From the IMG/VR virus record IMGVR_UViG_3300014888_000001, positions 1-45,986 of that record: a stretch of 45,986 nucleotides of DNA. The stretch is one strand, 5' to 3'. The notes under the pieces are model-generated. The model ran no database searches and was not told where the DNA came from. It was given only the letters and a program-made list of their open reading frames with translations. The stretch is from a virus. The position numbers and the translations under genes are program-made. Below are positions 30,994-40,993 of this stretch, in pieces (the stretch's first letter is position 1; the number at the start of each line of letters is the position of its first letter).

Positions 30994-32903
30994 GATGGAT
31001 TGTTCGCCCCTGCAAATGAAACGGTAACGTGACTGCGCTGAACTTGCTCATTGATTGCGCTACTCAACTGGTCAACGGTTTGCGGCGTGGTTTGCACGTT
31101 TACTGTCTGGATGTTCGTGGTGCTCGCCTGACTGTTATCAACGTTGCTCGCGCTGCTACCTGGCATCATAGCGCCATTGGCCATCCGGCGATAGTACCCG
31201 GCAACGCGACCTGAGTAGTTTTGCGTCTCCTGTGGCATTTCCTGACCACTGGCGCCGCGACCGGTCTTTAGGTATGCGTCCATATTACCCATTCCCCAGT
31301 TGTAAGCCTTCAGGGCATAGTCAACGTTTCCGCCGTAGCGCTTCAGCAACTGACTCATGTACATGCTGGCCGCTGCGCGAGACTTCTCAGGGTCAAGACG
31401 TTCATCAACGCCATTGCCAACCTTGAGTCCCATATCACGAGCAGTGCCAGCCATGAACTGATAAGCACCGGTGGCGCCGCTGCGCATATTTCTTGCCAGT
31501 GGGTTACCGCCTGATTCTGTCATCATCAGAGCATCCATTAGCTGAGCATCAACCTGTCCGGAAGTCATTACTGCTGCGCGACCGGAAAGGGTAGGTGACA
31601 TGCTTGCAGCGCCTGCACTACCGATGCCAACTGAACGCAGGAAGTCGCTAAACCAGTCGTTGCTCTGGCGCTCCTGCGGGTATGCTGCTTCTGGGTTGGT
31701 GGCGCCTGGCGTTAATCCCTGGCCGTTCGTGGCAGGAAGTCTTTTTAATCTCTCCTCCTGCATGTTTTTTTGCATATCATGAGCGCCGCTAGTAATCCAG
31801 GATATGAAATTACCTATAGGAGATTTTGCTCTTACATTTCCTCCAGCTATGGTGTCGCTTCCGTAAGCGCCTTTTCTTTCATTAAGCATCCCATCAAACT
31901 GCTGATTTGCATAGAGTCCGGCTGCCATCAGCGCGCCCATTGGGGTTTTAGCCCAAGTGGCGGCAAGTATCAGTAATGCGTTTGAGGTTCCGCCAACTGC
32001 GTCAGAAAACTGCTTAGCCCATGACGTTGACTCCTGGAAAAAGCCAGTGATATCTCCTGCATGCTCAGCAAGCCACTTTTGCAAAGACTCTAGCGCATTA
32101 TTTATATCTTCTCCAAATATCCTGACGAACTCCTGAGCGACTCCATCTGCTGTAGCCCTGAGTTTTTCAAGCGTCTCAGTAACATCCATAGCCTGTTTAA
32201 TGGCTGCGGGCGTAGCGTTGCTCTGCTGCTCGAACTGCTTCTGAAGCGTGGCAAGGTTGCCGGAGTACATCAGGTTGAACATGTCATCCTGACCGCCCAT
32301 GCGTTGCCACATCACCTGAGCCCGGTCTTTGTTGAGCTTGCGGAGTGCTTCAGCCTGCCGGTTTAATCCCTGCCCGGGGTCTTTTGCGCCAATGATATCT
32401 ACGCCTGTCATTCCCTGAAGCTGCTGGATGGCCACGGTTGACTCGTCAGGTGCGCCCATGCCGGTGCGCGCCCATAACTGCGCATTCTTAACTTTAGCCA
32501 GACTGCTCCCCATTGACTGCGACGATACGCCAACAGCACGAGCTGCACGCTCGTAACCCTGCAGGCCGGTAGCGGATATGCCAAGGAAGCTGGATACGTT
32601 ACCCAGGCGCACAAGGTCGGTAGTGGTGGATGCGAACATACGGCGCGCACCCTCAAGGGTGAGGGCGACACCCAGGAATTTGGCGGCACCTAATTGAATG
32701 CCGTTGAATGCGGTCTTGCCGGCATCGCCAAACTGGTTGAACGAGCCGGTAACTTTACCGAGAGCCGCATCAGTTTCATTGGCAGACCTGCGCAGCTGAT
32801 TGCGCATGTCATTAGCGCCTTGCTCAACCTGGCGCTTGCCGTTCAGGAACTTATCTGTTTTTACGGAAATGACATAAGCAAGTTCTTCTACTGTCTGATT
32901 CAT
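30990..32903 (-). CDS. Tape measure protein with a C-terminal lytic transglycosylase (SLT) domain
   Basis: 637 aa. Follows the chaperone frameshift pair. MTESGGNPLA...GATGAYQFMAGTARDMGL...YALKAYNWG. Confidence 0.85.
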   Translation of the reverse strand: MNQTVEELAYVISVKTDKFLNGKRQVEQGANDMRNQLRRSANETDAALGKVTGSFNQFGDAGKTAFNGIQLGAAKFLGVALTLEGARRMFASTTTDLVRLGNVSSFLGISATGLQGYERAARAVGVSSQSMGSSLAKVKNAQLWARTGMGAPDESTVAIQQLQGMTGVDIIGAKDPGQGLNRQAEALRKLNKDRAQVMWQRMGGQDDMFNLMYSGNLATLQKQFEQQSNATPAAIKQAMDVTETLEKLRATADGVAQEFVRIFGEDINNALESLQKWLAEHAGDITGFFQESTSWAKQFSDAVGGTSNALLILAATWAKTPMGALMAAGLYANQQFDGMLNERKGAYGSDTIAGGNVRAKSPIGNFISWITSGAHDMQKNMQEERLKRLPATNGQGLTPGATNPEAAYPQERQSNDWFSDFLRSVGIGSAGAASMSPTLSGRAAVMTSGQVDAQLMDALMMTESGGNPLARNMRSGATGAYQFMAGTARDMGLKVGNGVDERLDPEKSRAAASMYMSQLLKRYGGNVDYALKAYNWGMGNMDAYLKTGRGASGQEMPQETQNYSGRVAGYYRRMANGAMMPGSSASNVDNSQASTTNIQTVNVQTTPQTVDQLSSAINEQVQRSHVTVSFAGANNPS

Positions 32904-33528
32904 CTGCGGTTTTCCTGGAATCTGTGCCAGACTCTCTCGTTGTAGTTAGAGACTGAGATAGCCTCCAGGATATTATACATGTCGCGAACCGAAAGTTTAT
33001 CCTGCAAATCAAGGTAAGTTGCCTTACCCGATTGCATGACGGCGAACAGCGATTCTGACATGTTAACAGGTGACACCAGTTGTTCCGGGGTAGGGTCTTC
33101 TGCGATGTAAGGGAATTTTACTCGCTGCCTTTCCCTAAAAAAGAGAAGTTAACCTCGAACACTTTATCAAGCAGTGCGCGGATAGTCTCAACCTCTTCAA
33201 AGTCAATGGGGCCATTTACCGGTCGCTTGTTAGTCTGCCCGTTGTGAGTAACGACAATTTCCACGGTTGCCAGAAGGCGATCCCGCAATGCGCGGGACAC
33301 CTCTGGAGATGCGGCAGTAAGCACAGGCAGACCAAGGGAGGCAAAACCAGCGCAGCCCATATTAATCACATCTGTTGGGATGGAAGTGAACCCTTCCTCG
33401 CCCATGATGCGGAACAGGTCTTGCGCCAGCTCATCGCCAGCCCAGGCTGACATTTCAGTAATCAGGAACTCCTTGCCAAAATCACGACTGGCCTGATTCT
33501 CTACCTTGTACGTTACTTCTTTGCGCAT
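32900..33528 (-). CDS. Tail assembly chaperone -1 frameshift fusion (GT-like)
   Basis: After the slip: RERQRVKFPYIAEDPTPEQLVSPVNMSESLFAVMQSGKATYLDLQDKLSVRDMYNILEAISVSNYNERVWHRFQENRR. The stop overlaps the tape measure ATG (ATGA). Confidence 0.65.
33118..33528 (-). CDS. Tail assembly chaperone (G-like, zero-frame product)
   Basis: 136 aa. Lies between the tube and tape measure genes and has a slippery site near its 3' end. Confidence 0.75.
   Translation of the reverse strand: MRKEVTYKVENQASRDFGKEFLITEMSAWAGDELAQDLFRIMGEEGFTSIPTDVINMGCAGFASLGLPVLTAASPEVSRALRDRLLATVEIVVTHNGQTNKRPVNGPIDFEEVETIRALLDKVFEVNFSFLGKGSE
33136..33142 (-). promoter_or_regulatory. -1 programmed frameshift slippery heptamer T TTT TTA
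   Basis: Zero-frame codons tcT TTT TTA. The -1 frame is open from here to TGA 32902-32900. Confidence 0.7.
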
Positions 33529-33532
33529 CTTA

Positions 33533-33964
33533 TTAGCTCCGGGTTACTTGCTCAAAGTGGAAAACTGCTGCGCGTGGCTGCAGGATACGCCGACCGGGTG
33601 GGGTGGGGTTCCATGAATACAGCACGCCATTAACGAAGTTCCACTTTGAGTTATCCAGCGAAGGAATGGCCAGCGTAGCGTTGACGGTGAAGGCGCGAAT
33701 TGCAGTGCGCTCCGCTGAGTATACCTGGTCAAGAAGCTGACCGGCACGCGACGTGGCCATCAGGTTAATGGTGAACTCCACTGGATTATACACATAACCC
33801 GCGTGATACTTACCATCCGCCGACATCATATCTTCTTTGTTCTGCAATGCAGCAGTTTCAAACATGGAATCAGCCGAGTAATCATCAACATCGAATCCGG
33901 CAGGGAACAGTTCCGGGATTACGATTCTGAGCTTGCTGTTAGCACTGGTGATATCAATTGCCAT
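33533..33964 (-). CDS. Tail tube protein (DUF3277-like)
   Basis: 143 aa, directly downstream of the sheath gene. Confidence 0.65.
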   Translation of the reverse strand: MAIDITSANSKLRIVIPELFPAGFDVDDYSADSMFETAALQNKEDMMSADGKYHAGYVYNPVEFTINLMATSRAGQLLDQVYSAERTAIRAFTVNATLAIPSLDNSKWNFVNGVLYSWNPTPPGRRILQPRAAVFHFEQVTRS

Positions 33965-33974
33965 TTTTCTTTCC

Positions 33975-35462
33975 TTACAGAATCGCAGTAGATGCCATGT
34001 TGATAGACTGAATCAGCTGCCCGTCAACGTAGTAGAAGATAACGCCATTCAGCGATCGCTCAATGCGTGACGCGCCGGTTTGCGTCGGGATATGCAGATA
34101 CCATCCATCGCTGTAAAGCGTGGCTGAGATGTCTTTGCCGACCACATTAGACACCTGCTTAACCTGCGAGCTATCCAGCACAACACCGCGCTGAATGGCA
34201 CCGAAGTTTACTGCGCGGTTTGCGGGGTCAATGGTTGCAGCCTGGATAGATGCGTAGCCCTGTGCGTTGTAACTGTAGCTCTGGTTGTTGGTGAACAACT
34301 CAGAGTAGGCAGAAACCAGGTTGGCGTTGATCCAAACCTGATTGACAAAAGAGTCAATCCACAGGTATTTGCCAGTGATCGAACCATCAGCGCCATACTG
34401 CTTAAGGGTTTTGTTCAGTCCATAGTCGCCATAATAATTGTAACCATTACTTTCCAGCGCACGAGCCTGAGAAAGAGAAGTCACTTTCGGCACGATACCG
34501 GTAAACTTGCGGAACTTATACGACACTCGGCCAGCCGTCTGGTCAAAGTTAATGCTTGCCGCATAGGCGAGAGCAGTCATCGCATCCAGGTAGTCGCCAT
34601 AAATCGGGAATACGCCTTCATAGCCGGCGGGCAGGATTTGCGTTGGCACAAAAGCAGTTGAGCTGTTTGCGATTAGCGCGTCCTGATTGCCGTCGTGCAT
34701 GGAGTAGAAATGGCGGCTTTTCTGTGAGTTAACCCACGCAGCGATTTCGATACGCTCGGCGTCGTCAAGGTCAACAACGCTTGCCAGGCCAATCCAGTTC
34801 TGATTGCTGTCAACAACGTTGCTCAGCGTGTCGGTAAGGCTGGTAGTCGCATTGCCGGCAGAGAGTTGCGCGCCCGTTGCGGCGGTCAGCTTCAGGCCCT
34901 GGCTTAGTGCGTTATCAGCAGCAAAACTAACGGCTGACGTGGTGGCTCCAGTGGTTGAAGAGGTGATGATGAACAGGCTGGCTGTCGCATCCCACGTCAC
35001 TGCTACGCCATCAAGCGCGGTTTGCAGAATGGATGCGATATTGCTCTGGCTTGTTGCCGCTGACAGGTCGATCGCATCACTGACCTGCGTGGTTCCATCA
35101 ACCGAAAGAGTTAGCGTGCCGGCAGGGATAGCTTTCAACTGAGACAGAGGCACGCCGCGCTGACTTCCAGACATCAGATAACCAGCAGCCGCTGCCCCCT
35201 GAGTACGGGTCATCAGCAACGTGCCAGGTGTTACGCTTGAGTTGTCGTAGCCGTTGAAATAGACAACAGCCGCCTGATACTCGCGCGAATCTGAGCCAAG
35301 CAGCCCCGATACTTCATCAGCCGAAAAGAACTGCCGCACTGAGCCAGATGGAATCAGGTTGCTGTCCGTTAGCACCAGGCCGTTTGCATCGAGTGCATCA
35401 CCGGCAGGCGACACCACGTTCGGCGTGATGTTGAAATCTTTACTTAATGGAATGGTGCTCAT
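33975..35462 (-). CDS. Tail sheath protein (DUF3383-like)
   Basis: 495 aa. Sheath-tube-chaperone-TMP synteny. Confidence 0.7.
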   Translation of the reverse strand: MSTIPLSKDFNITPNVVSPAGDALDANGLVLTDSNLIPSGSVRQFFSADEVSGLLGSDSREYQAAVVYFNGYDNSSVTPGTLLMTRTQGAAAAGYLMSGSQRGVPLSQLKAIPAGTLTLSVDGTTQVSDAIDLSAATSQSNIASILQTALDGVAVTWDATASLFIITSSTTGATTSAVSFAADNALSQGLKLTAATGAQLSAGNATTSLTDTLSNVVDSNQNWIGLASVVDLDDAERIEIAAWVNSQKSRHFYSMHDGNQDALIANSSTAFVPTQILPAGYEGVFPIYGDYLDAMTALAYAASINFDQTAGRVSYKFRKFTGIVPKVTSLSQARALESNGYNYYGDYGLNKTLKQYGADGSITGKYLWIDSFVNQVWINANLVSAYSELFTNNQSYSYNAQGYASIQAATIDPANRAVNFGAIQRGVVLDSSQVKQVSNVVGKDISATLYSDGWYLHIPTQTGASRIERSLNGVIFYYVDGQLIQSINMASTAIL

Positions 35463-35977
35463 TTATTATCCACCTGTTCAAGAGTGATATCAGCACGATC
35501 GAAATAATCCTGCCGGAGTGTTACCGTGATGTGCGCTTGCAAGTAAAGGGTGATAATGTATCGCTCCTGCCACTGACTTTCCGCATTAATCATCGGTGCC
35601 TGGATTGCCTCGGACGAATAGAGCGGTGCGAGCCTGTCATCAAGCGTTTTGATTGTCTCATATCCATACGAACTGGCAAAGAGAGTTTCAAGCTCAATGG
35701 CGCGATTACCTGCTTCAGGGCCATATAAATCAACCTGAATTTCCGCCTGGCGTATCTCAGTGTATGACATCTGAGAGGTGATGGCGCTACCGGTGTCGGC
35801 TTTGATGTCTCTCGTTGTGCCAAGGCGTTTAAATTTGAGTGGGGTGATGATATTGAAAGCGCCAAGCGGCATAGGAACTCGGTCAGCCTGAGCCTGCTGG
35901 CACTCGCCAAGCCCAAGCATTTCAATAAAGTCTGCCACCGTGTCAACGATGTTATCTACAGTGTAATCGGTAGCCAT
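35459..35977 (-). CDS. Neck/tail completion protein (172 aa)
   Basis: Synteny. Confidence 0.45.
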   Translation of the reverse strand: MATDYTVDNIVDTVADFIEMLGLGECQQAQADRVPMPLGAFNIITPLKFKRLGTTRDIKADTGSAITSQMSYTEIRQAEIQVDLYGPEAGNRAIELETLFASSYGYETIKTLDDRLAPLYSSEAIQAPMINAESQWQERYIITLYLQAHITVTLRQDYFDRADITLEQVDNK

Positions 35978-36354
35978 CAGTTAGGGTCCGTTTGCAGACA
36001 AACAAGCAGGCGGCACCAGCCGGTATCCCACAGCTCAAGCGGTTCAATCACCAGCCAGGTCAGGCCGTCGATAATGAAAAGGTCGCCACCTTTCTGCATG
36101 GTGCGATTGACGCTGTAGATGGCGCCATTGATGTGAATTGATTTGAAAAGCCCCTGAAGATTCAGGCCATCGACATGCATCAGATCGCCTTTACTCAAAG
36201 GCTGAAGTTGAAACGTTACTGGCTCGTCGGGGTAGTAAGTGGGAACGGGCTTGCGTCCTGGACCAACCGTCTCGCCAAGGTATCGGCGCAGGATGCCGGT
36301 TTTATCCGGGTTAACCGTATTGATAGCACCGCGAACTATGGCGTGTAGATTCAT
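35977..36354 (-). CDS. Neck/head-tail joining protein (125 aa)
   Basis: Synteny. Confidence 0.45.
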   Translation of the reverse strand: MNLHAIVRGAINTVNPDKTGILRRYLGETVGPGRKPVPTYYPDEPVTFQLQPLSKGDLMHVDGLNLQGLFKSIHINGAIYSVNRTMQKGGDLFIIDGLTWLVIEPLELWDTGWCRLLVCLQTDPN

Positions 36355-36806
36355 TCCGTATCACCCGAATCTCTTACTTCGTAACTAATGCTGTTGATCA
36401 TGATTTTCGTGTCAATCAGCGGCTTGGTTGACATGTTACCACGCTCCTGGCGCTCACGGATAGTGCGCATAGAGATTGGCGGGTCCATCAATTGAGTGAT
36501 TGAGGTGTACGCGTCAGAAGCGGCCAGCGCGCCTACCTGTTCAAGCACCTGCGCAACAGGATATCCGGCACGGATTCCTCTGCCTATAGCGTCCTTCCAC
36601 TCATCCTGATGGTCTGATATTGCATTGCGAAAGAAGGGACGTGGAGGCTGACGCTTTTCTGGCACGCCGTATTCGTTATTGAATGCGACCTGAGCAACGC
36701 TTTCGCCGGTGGGGTAGGTGGCTCCATCAATGAAGCCGACCTTCAGCGTTTTGTTTGCCAGTTCGCGGGCAATGGCGTCAAGCCTATCGGTAATCGTGCC
36801 GGACAT
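36351..36806 (-). CDS. HK97 gp10-like head-tail/tail completion protein (start trimmed to MSGTITD)
   Basis: VGFIDGATYP...VAFNNEYG...PPRPFFRNA...KPLIDTKIMINSISYEV pattern. Confidence 0.6.
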   Translation of the reverse strand: MSGTITDRLDAIARELANKTLKVGFIDGATYPTGESVAQVAFNNEYGVPEKRQPPRPFFRNAISDHQDEWKDAIGRGIRAGYPVAQVLEQVGALAASDAYTSITQLMDPPISMRTIRERQERGNMSTKPLIDTKIMINSISYEVRDSGDTE

Positions 36807-37221
36807 GTTTACACACCATTCCAGGGTAATATTTTGCCATGCGCAGGAATTTGGTTGCCTGCCAGAACGCAAGCCCGTAAGGCGACAGCGTGTACCAGGC
36901 AGTTCCTCCTGGCATGGCTCCCAGCTCCGTGCCTACTGATACGCTACCTTCCGTGGCAGATGAAACTCGACCCACAAAACCAGCGCCGCCAATCAGGCTG
37001 CCACCGGCGTCGAGGTATCCGTATCGCATATAGGCAATGTGCGCCATCAGAAGGTAAAGAAGGCGCTCGCGCTTAGTGTACTCCTGCACCGGAGAATGTT
37101 CGGTGTTGTTCAGATAGTCTGTTGCCTCATCGAAAAGGAACTGCAACTGAGTATCAGTAACAGCGCTGAACTCAGGGAATAGCTCCCTGAACTTAGGAAC
37201 ATCAAGCGCGACAATAGCCAT
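36784..37221 (-). CDS. DUF4054-like head-tail connector protein
   Basis: FRELFPEFSAVTDTQLQFLFDEA N-terminus. Confidence 0.55.
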   Translation of the reverse strand: MAIVALDVPKFRELFPEFSAVTDTQLQFLFDEATDYLNNTEHSPVQEYTKRERLLYLLMAHIAYMRYGYLDAGGSLIGGAGFVGRVSSATEGSVSVGTELGAMPGGTAWYTLSPYGLAFWQATKFLRMAKYYPGMVCKHVRHDYR

Positions 37222-37547
37222 TACTCGGTCTCTTTGTCTTCTTTGACACCAGCGTCTTCAGCTTTAATCTGCTCGAAGCCGGTCTTCTGTCCTTTGCGCT
37301 CGTTAGCTGCATCGCGTGCTGACTTGGTGTCTTTCTGCGCGAAAACCAGCTCGTTCACGATGGCAGGGGATTTGGCATGAGCCTTTGCGTAGTCTTCCCA
37401 GACTTCGGCTGGCACGTCTTCGGTGATGCCGTAGCCGCCAATCACGCTGGATTTGCTTGACCCGTTAATCAGGAATTGCTTACCTGCACCGCGCAGAACG
37501 ATACCGTTAGGGATTTTACAACCGATAACAAGAGTTTTGCCTGCCAT
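37221..37547 (-). CDS. Hypothetical head-associated protein (108 aa)
   Basis: ORF track; synteny. Confidence 0.5.
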   Translation of the reverse strand: MAGKTLVIGCKIPNGIVLRGAGKQFLINGSSKSSVIGGYGITEDVPAEVWEDYAKAHAKSPAIVNELVFAQKDTKSARDAANERKGQKTGFEQIKAEDAGVKEDKETE

Positions 37548-37569
37548 GATAAACCTCTCAGTAAGTTAT

Positions 37570-37593
37570 AAAAAAGCCGCCCATGTGAGCGGC
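37570..37593 (-). terminator. Rho-independent terminator/attenuator after the major capsid gene
   Basis: Minus sense: GCCGC-tcacatgg-GCGGC followed by TTTTTT. Confidence 0.65.
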
Positions 37594-37620
37594 ATTTCTT
37601 AGAGTATATCAGCTATTTTC

Positions 37621-38661
37621 TCAAACGCCGAGCATTGATGACACGGCCAGCGGCTGAGTGATAACAGCGCCGTATGTTGCACCAGAATACTTCTGCTTCC
37701 AGTAGGAAGTCATGGTAATCAGCGGGTGAGCGCGCAGCTTGTCGCTGTATGCCAGATAACCGGTCTGCTGACCCTGAATTTCCGTAGCCATCATCTGCAC
37801 CAGTTCGCCAGCCGGAGTGCTGTACTGAGGTGCGACAACGAAGCGGATGTTAAGGAAGGAGTCGCGGACCATCTTCTCAACGGTGTTGCCGAAGATTTCG
37901 TTGGCACGCTTGAACCACACGGAAACCTGAGGAGACATCGCCAGCACCAGGTTGGATGCCATGTTAATGCCGTCACCGAGGATGCCGTTGGTGCGGGTAA
38001 TCAAATCCTGATACAGCGCCAGAATATCGTTGTAGATACCCAGCACGGACTTGTTTTCCCAGCGAACAGCACCAGCCGCGTTAGGGTCAGGGATTGGGCT
38101 GATTGAAGCTGGCAGGTCAGGGTCATTCAGGATGCCGAAGTTATCAATACCCGCAACGCCGAAGAAGTAGAACTTGTTCGCCGCCTGGTTCAGGGTGATA
38201 GCTGCCGCACGCTGCTTTTCTGCTGCATATGCCAGACCGGTAAGGCCCATGCGCTCCTGCTCCAGCTCACCGTAAGTTACCATAGTCTGATAGCGGTAAA
38301 CTGAGCGGTTTTCCCATGAGTTAGTAACCTGCACCGCGCCATCTTCGCTGTAGTCTTCATACGCCACTACGCGACCAGTTGGCTCAACGCGCTGGATCAT
38401 AATGTTATCCTGCGCCCACGAACCCATGCGTTTCTCAGGGAAAAGCTCCTGAGATACCAGGTTGGCAAACACGGTGCGCACAACAACCGGGTCGATGAAG
38501 CTGGAGACGATCGCCGGGATTCCGCCGTTTGGTGGCAGCATTGGCTGAGGGTCGGCATCGTTAGCCAGATGCAGCTTATTCACCGTTGCCGGCAGGTTCA
38601 CGCCTTTAGCTTTGGCGGCTGCCATGAAGGCGGAGAAATCCGCCTGAGTTAATTGAGTCAT
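37621..38661 (-). CDS. Major capsid protein (DUF2184-like)
   Basis: 346 aa. Preceded by the scaffold/protease and a small head protein and followed by a terminator. Family assignment from memory. Confidence 0.75.
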   Translation of the reverse strand: MTQLTQADFSAFMAAAKAKGVNLPATVNKLHLANDADPQPMLPPNGGIPAIVSSFIDPVVVRTVFANLVSQELFPEKRMGSWAQDNIMIQRVEPTGRVVAYEDYSEDGAVQVTNSWENRSVYRYQTMVTYGELEQERMGLTGLAYAAEKQRAAAITLNQAANKFYFFGVAGIDNFGILNDPDLPASISPIPDPNAAGAVRWENKSVLGIYNDILALYQDLITRTNGILGDGINMASNLVLAMSPQVSVWFKRANEIFGNTVEKMVRDSFLNIRFVVAPQYSTPAGELVQMMATEIQGQQTGYLAYSDKLRAHPLITMTSYWKQKYSGATYGAVITQPLAVSSMLGV

Positions 38662-39173
38662 TATGCTTTGCTCCAGGAAGAGATGATAATCAGGTCGCCA
38701 ACAGGAGCGCCATGAGCAACGGTGTAGTTAGTTTCAACGTGACCAGCAACGGTAGCGCCAGCAGCACCGGTGGCAATTGAGCCATCGGTAACGCTTGCAA
38801 ATACTTTCTGGCCAGCAGTAGCAACGGTGCTTGATTTAGCCCAGAAGTCGCCACCAACCTTCGGTGATACGCCGCGACCTGGTGGCACCATCATTGAGTT
38901 GGAGTCGAAGTAGCCGACATAACCCTGCAGCACGTTCTGAATGAAGCCAACCGGGATAGATGTGGCAGATGGCGCAACGGTGGTCACAACGATAGTTTCG
39001 TCATCGCCTGCTGGCACTTCTGCGCGGAACACGAAGCGACCGATGCGAACGCCATTCTCGCCAGCGCGGTATGCATCAGGGCCGCCAGATGCTGCGATAA
39101 TTGGAGCTGTGCCTGCTGGCTGAGCTTCAGCGCCAACACCTAAAAACAGGCCTACGGAAGTCTGAAAAGCCAT
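38661..39173 (-). CDS. Head protein adjacent to the capsid gene (decoration/cement candidate, 170 aa)
   Basis: Gly/Ala-rich; position immediately upstream of the capsid gene. Confidence 0.4.
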   Translation of the reverse strand: MAFQTSVGLFLGVGAEAQPAGTAPIIAASGGPDAYRAGENGVRIGRFVFRAEVPAGDDETIVVTTVAPSATSIPVGFIQNVLQGYVGYFDSNSMMVPPGRGVSPKVGGDFWAKSSTVATAGQKVFASVTDGSIATGAAGATVAGHVETNYTVAHGAPVGDLIIISSWSKA

Positions 39174-39175
39174 GA

Positions 39176-40312
39176 TTATTCACCTTTAAAGAAGTCAGAA
39201 ACGCGGGCGCGCGAATCATTGTTAATGACCGGCGCAGAATCCTGAGCCATCTTGTTGCTCTGCAGCATTTCAACCATTGGCTTGAGAGCGGAGGCGTGCA
39301 GGGATTCAACACCATGAATGCCTTTCTGCTTCAGAGCCATGCGGTAGACTTCTTCTGCTGAATCGCATGCTACGCGGCCAATCAGCGGCTCGCACATCTG
39401 CTCAGCCTCACGCAACTCGCGGAACTGTGAGCGCATGCGGGTTTCGAGTGCATCCATAGCCAGGCGTGAATCCTTAGCCATCTTATCATCCTTCTCGCGG
39501 TCTTTGCGCTCACGCTCTTCTTCTTCGCGCTTCTCGCGGGCCATGCGTTCAGCTTCACTTTCGCCATTATCCTGATCGTTGGCGGTCTTTGGCTTGTCTT
39601 TATCCTTGCCATCTTCATCTTCATCATCGACGATTTTGGCGACTTGTTCCTTCACTTCGTCCGGGTTTGAATCTTTTGCCAGACGGGGCAGAATGGTGGC
39701 CCACAGCTTTTCGAGTTTAGACATTACGTCGTATCCTTTGGGTTTGGAGTCGTACACTAAAACGTCAGGGCCTGCCCGTCCGTCTGGAACGATAGCGACA
39801 TGATTAAAGACGATATCTCTCATCACGCCGTCGTATTCCTCCCCATTATACACACCGGGCGTCATATCTGCACGATATCGATAAGAGGAGGAAATTTCAC
39901 GCTGCTGGCCGGACTCAATGCCAGCAATAGAAGCTGAATCCCAGTTCACCATCGAGTTGTACAGGTAAGGGTGATCGAACTCTGCATTCTCTCCGGTTGA
40001 ACCGACGACCGCGTCTTTTGGTGGTGCTGACGCAAGAAAGGGGAGGTGAGTGTTTAGCAGTGGGCGGCGATTGGCTGATGGTACTGCCTTCTTTAGCTCT
40101 TCCGGGCATCGCAGCATTTTATACATGCGATCGGGCTGTAGGCCCATTTCCTCACTGCCTGGAATCTCTTTTCCGTAGTATCCATTGACGCACGCCTTTG
40201 TAATTGGCGTGCGTGCGATGTGCATGACGCCATCAACGTCCATTGTGCGAACGCTGGCGCGATCGAAGGCTAACAGGCTATGCATTGATGCAGCATGGCT
40301 GGCAGTGGTCAT
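39176..40312 (-). CDS. DUF2213-like prohead scaffold/protease
   Basis: N-terminal DUF2213-like region (VNGYYGKEIP...LLNTHLPF...) plus a highly charged DE/K-rich coiled C-terminal half. Start uncertain (ATG 40312 or TTG 40333). Confidence 0.6.
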   Translation of the reverse strand: MTTASHAASMHSLLAFDRASVRTMDVDGVMHIARTPITKACVNGYYGKEIPGSEEMGLQPDRMYKMLRCPEELKKAVPSANRRPLLNTHLPFLASAPPKDAVVGSTGENAEFDHPYLYNSMVNWDSASIAGIESGQQREISSSYRYRADMTPGVYNGEEYDGVMRDIVFNHVAIVPDGRAGPDVLVYDSKPKGYDVMSKLEKLWATILPRLAKDSNPDEVKEQVAKIVDDEDEDGKDKDKPKTANDQDNGESEAERMAREKREEEERERKDREKDDKMAKDSRLAMDALETRMRSQFRELREAEQMCEPLIGRVACDSAEEVYRMALKQKGIHGVESLHASALKPMVEMLQSNKMAQDSAPVINNDSRARVSDFFKGE

Positions 40313-40347
40313 TTGTTGCAATCGCCTTATCAATCAGAATTATCAGC

Positions 40348-40376
40348 ATTATGCAACGGAGTGGATTAGAACGCAA
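40348..40376 (-). promoter_or_regulatory. Sigma70-like promoter upstream of the scaffold gene
   Basis: Minus sense: TTGCGT, 17 bp, CATAAT. Confidence 0.3.
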
Positions 40377-40424
40377 CAGGCGGGTGTTTTAAGCGGGGAA
40401 AGCGCCCGAAGGCGCCTGTTTAGT

Positions 40425-40742
40425 TTATTTTAACTCTTCAGGAATTTCCGGAACGGTAACGTGCTCCCACCATTCCGAGCCGTCATACTCCACGCGCTGT
40501 GAGAATGTGCCATCTTTGTACCAAATTATTCCGAAAAGAAGCTGGCCGCCGTAGCCACTGTTGTAATCGAAATCAATTGTCTGCAAGAAATTATCAAGCC
40601 CTGATGCCGTGAACCCGACATTTAATCTCATGGGTTTGTTATCTTCATCCCAGTCATATCCGTATGTCAATTTAGCACACAAAACATCCGGCATTCCCTC
40701 GCCGAGTGCGTGATATACAAACTCATCTTTAGCGTTAATCAT
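40425..40742 (-). CDS. Hypothetical protein (105 aa) in the head-module insert
   Basis: ORF track; coupled to the upstream ORF. Confidence 0.6.
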   Translation of the reverse strand: MINAKDEFVYHALGEGMPDVLCAKLTYGYDWDEDNKPMRLNVGFTASGLDNFLQTIDFDYNSGYGGQLLFGIIWYKDGTFSQRVEYDGSEWWEHVTVPEIPEELK

Positions 40743-40993
40743 TATTTAACTCCAAGTGCTTTGTTGATGACAGCATGCGCATTTGCCAGTGCTGCCGAGT
40801 TTGCCTTTGTTGGCTTGCTAAACAAGATCATCATTTCTAAAGCATCCAGCAACTCCGCATTAACTTCCTGATGATATGAAATCATCCACTGGATGACCTC
40901 TGATGTGTCGAAATGACGCAGGCCATCTATGTAAGATGGGTTGGCTCCTTCCTTTAGCTGCTCATAAATTTCTTTATCAGTCATTTTATTCAT
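40742..40993 (-). CDS. Hypothetical protein (83 aa)
   Basis: ORF track (ATG 40993). Confidence 0.55.
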   Translation of the reverse strand: MNKMTDKEIYEQLKEGANPSYIDGLRHFDTSEVIQWMISYHQEVNAELLDALEMMILFSKPTKANSAALANAHAVINKALGVK

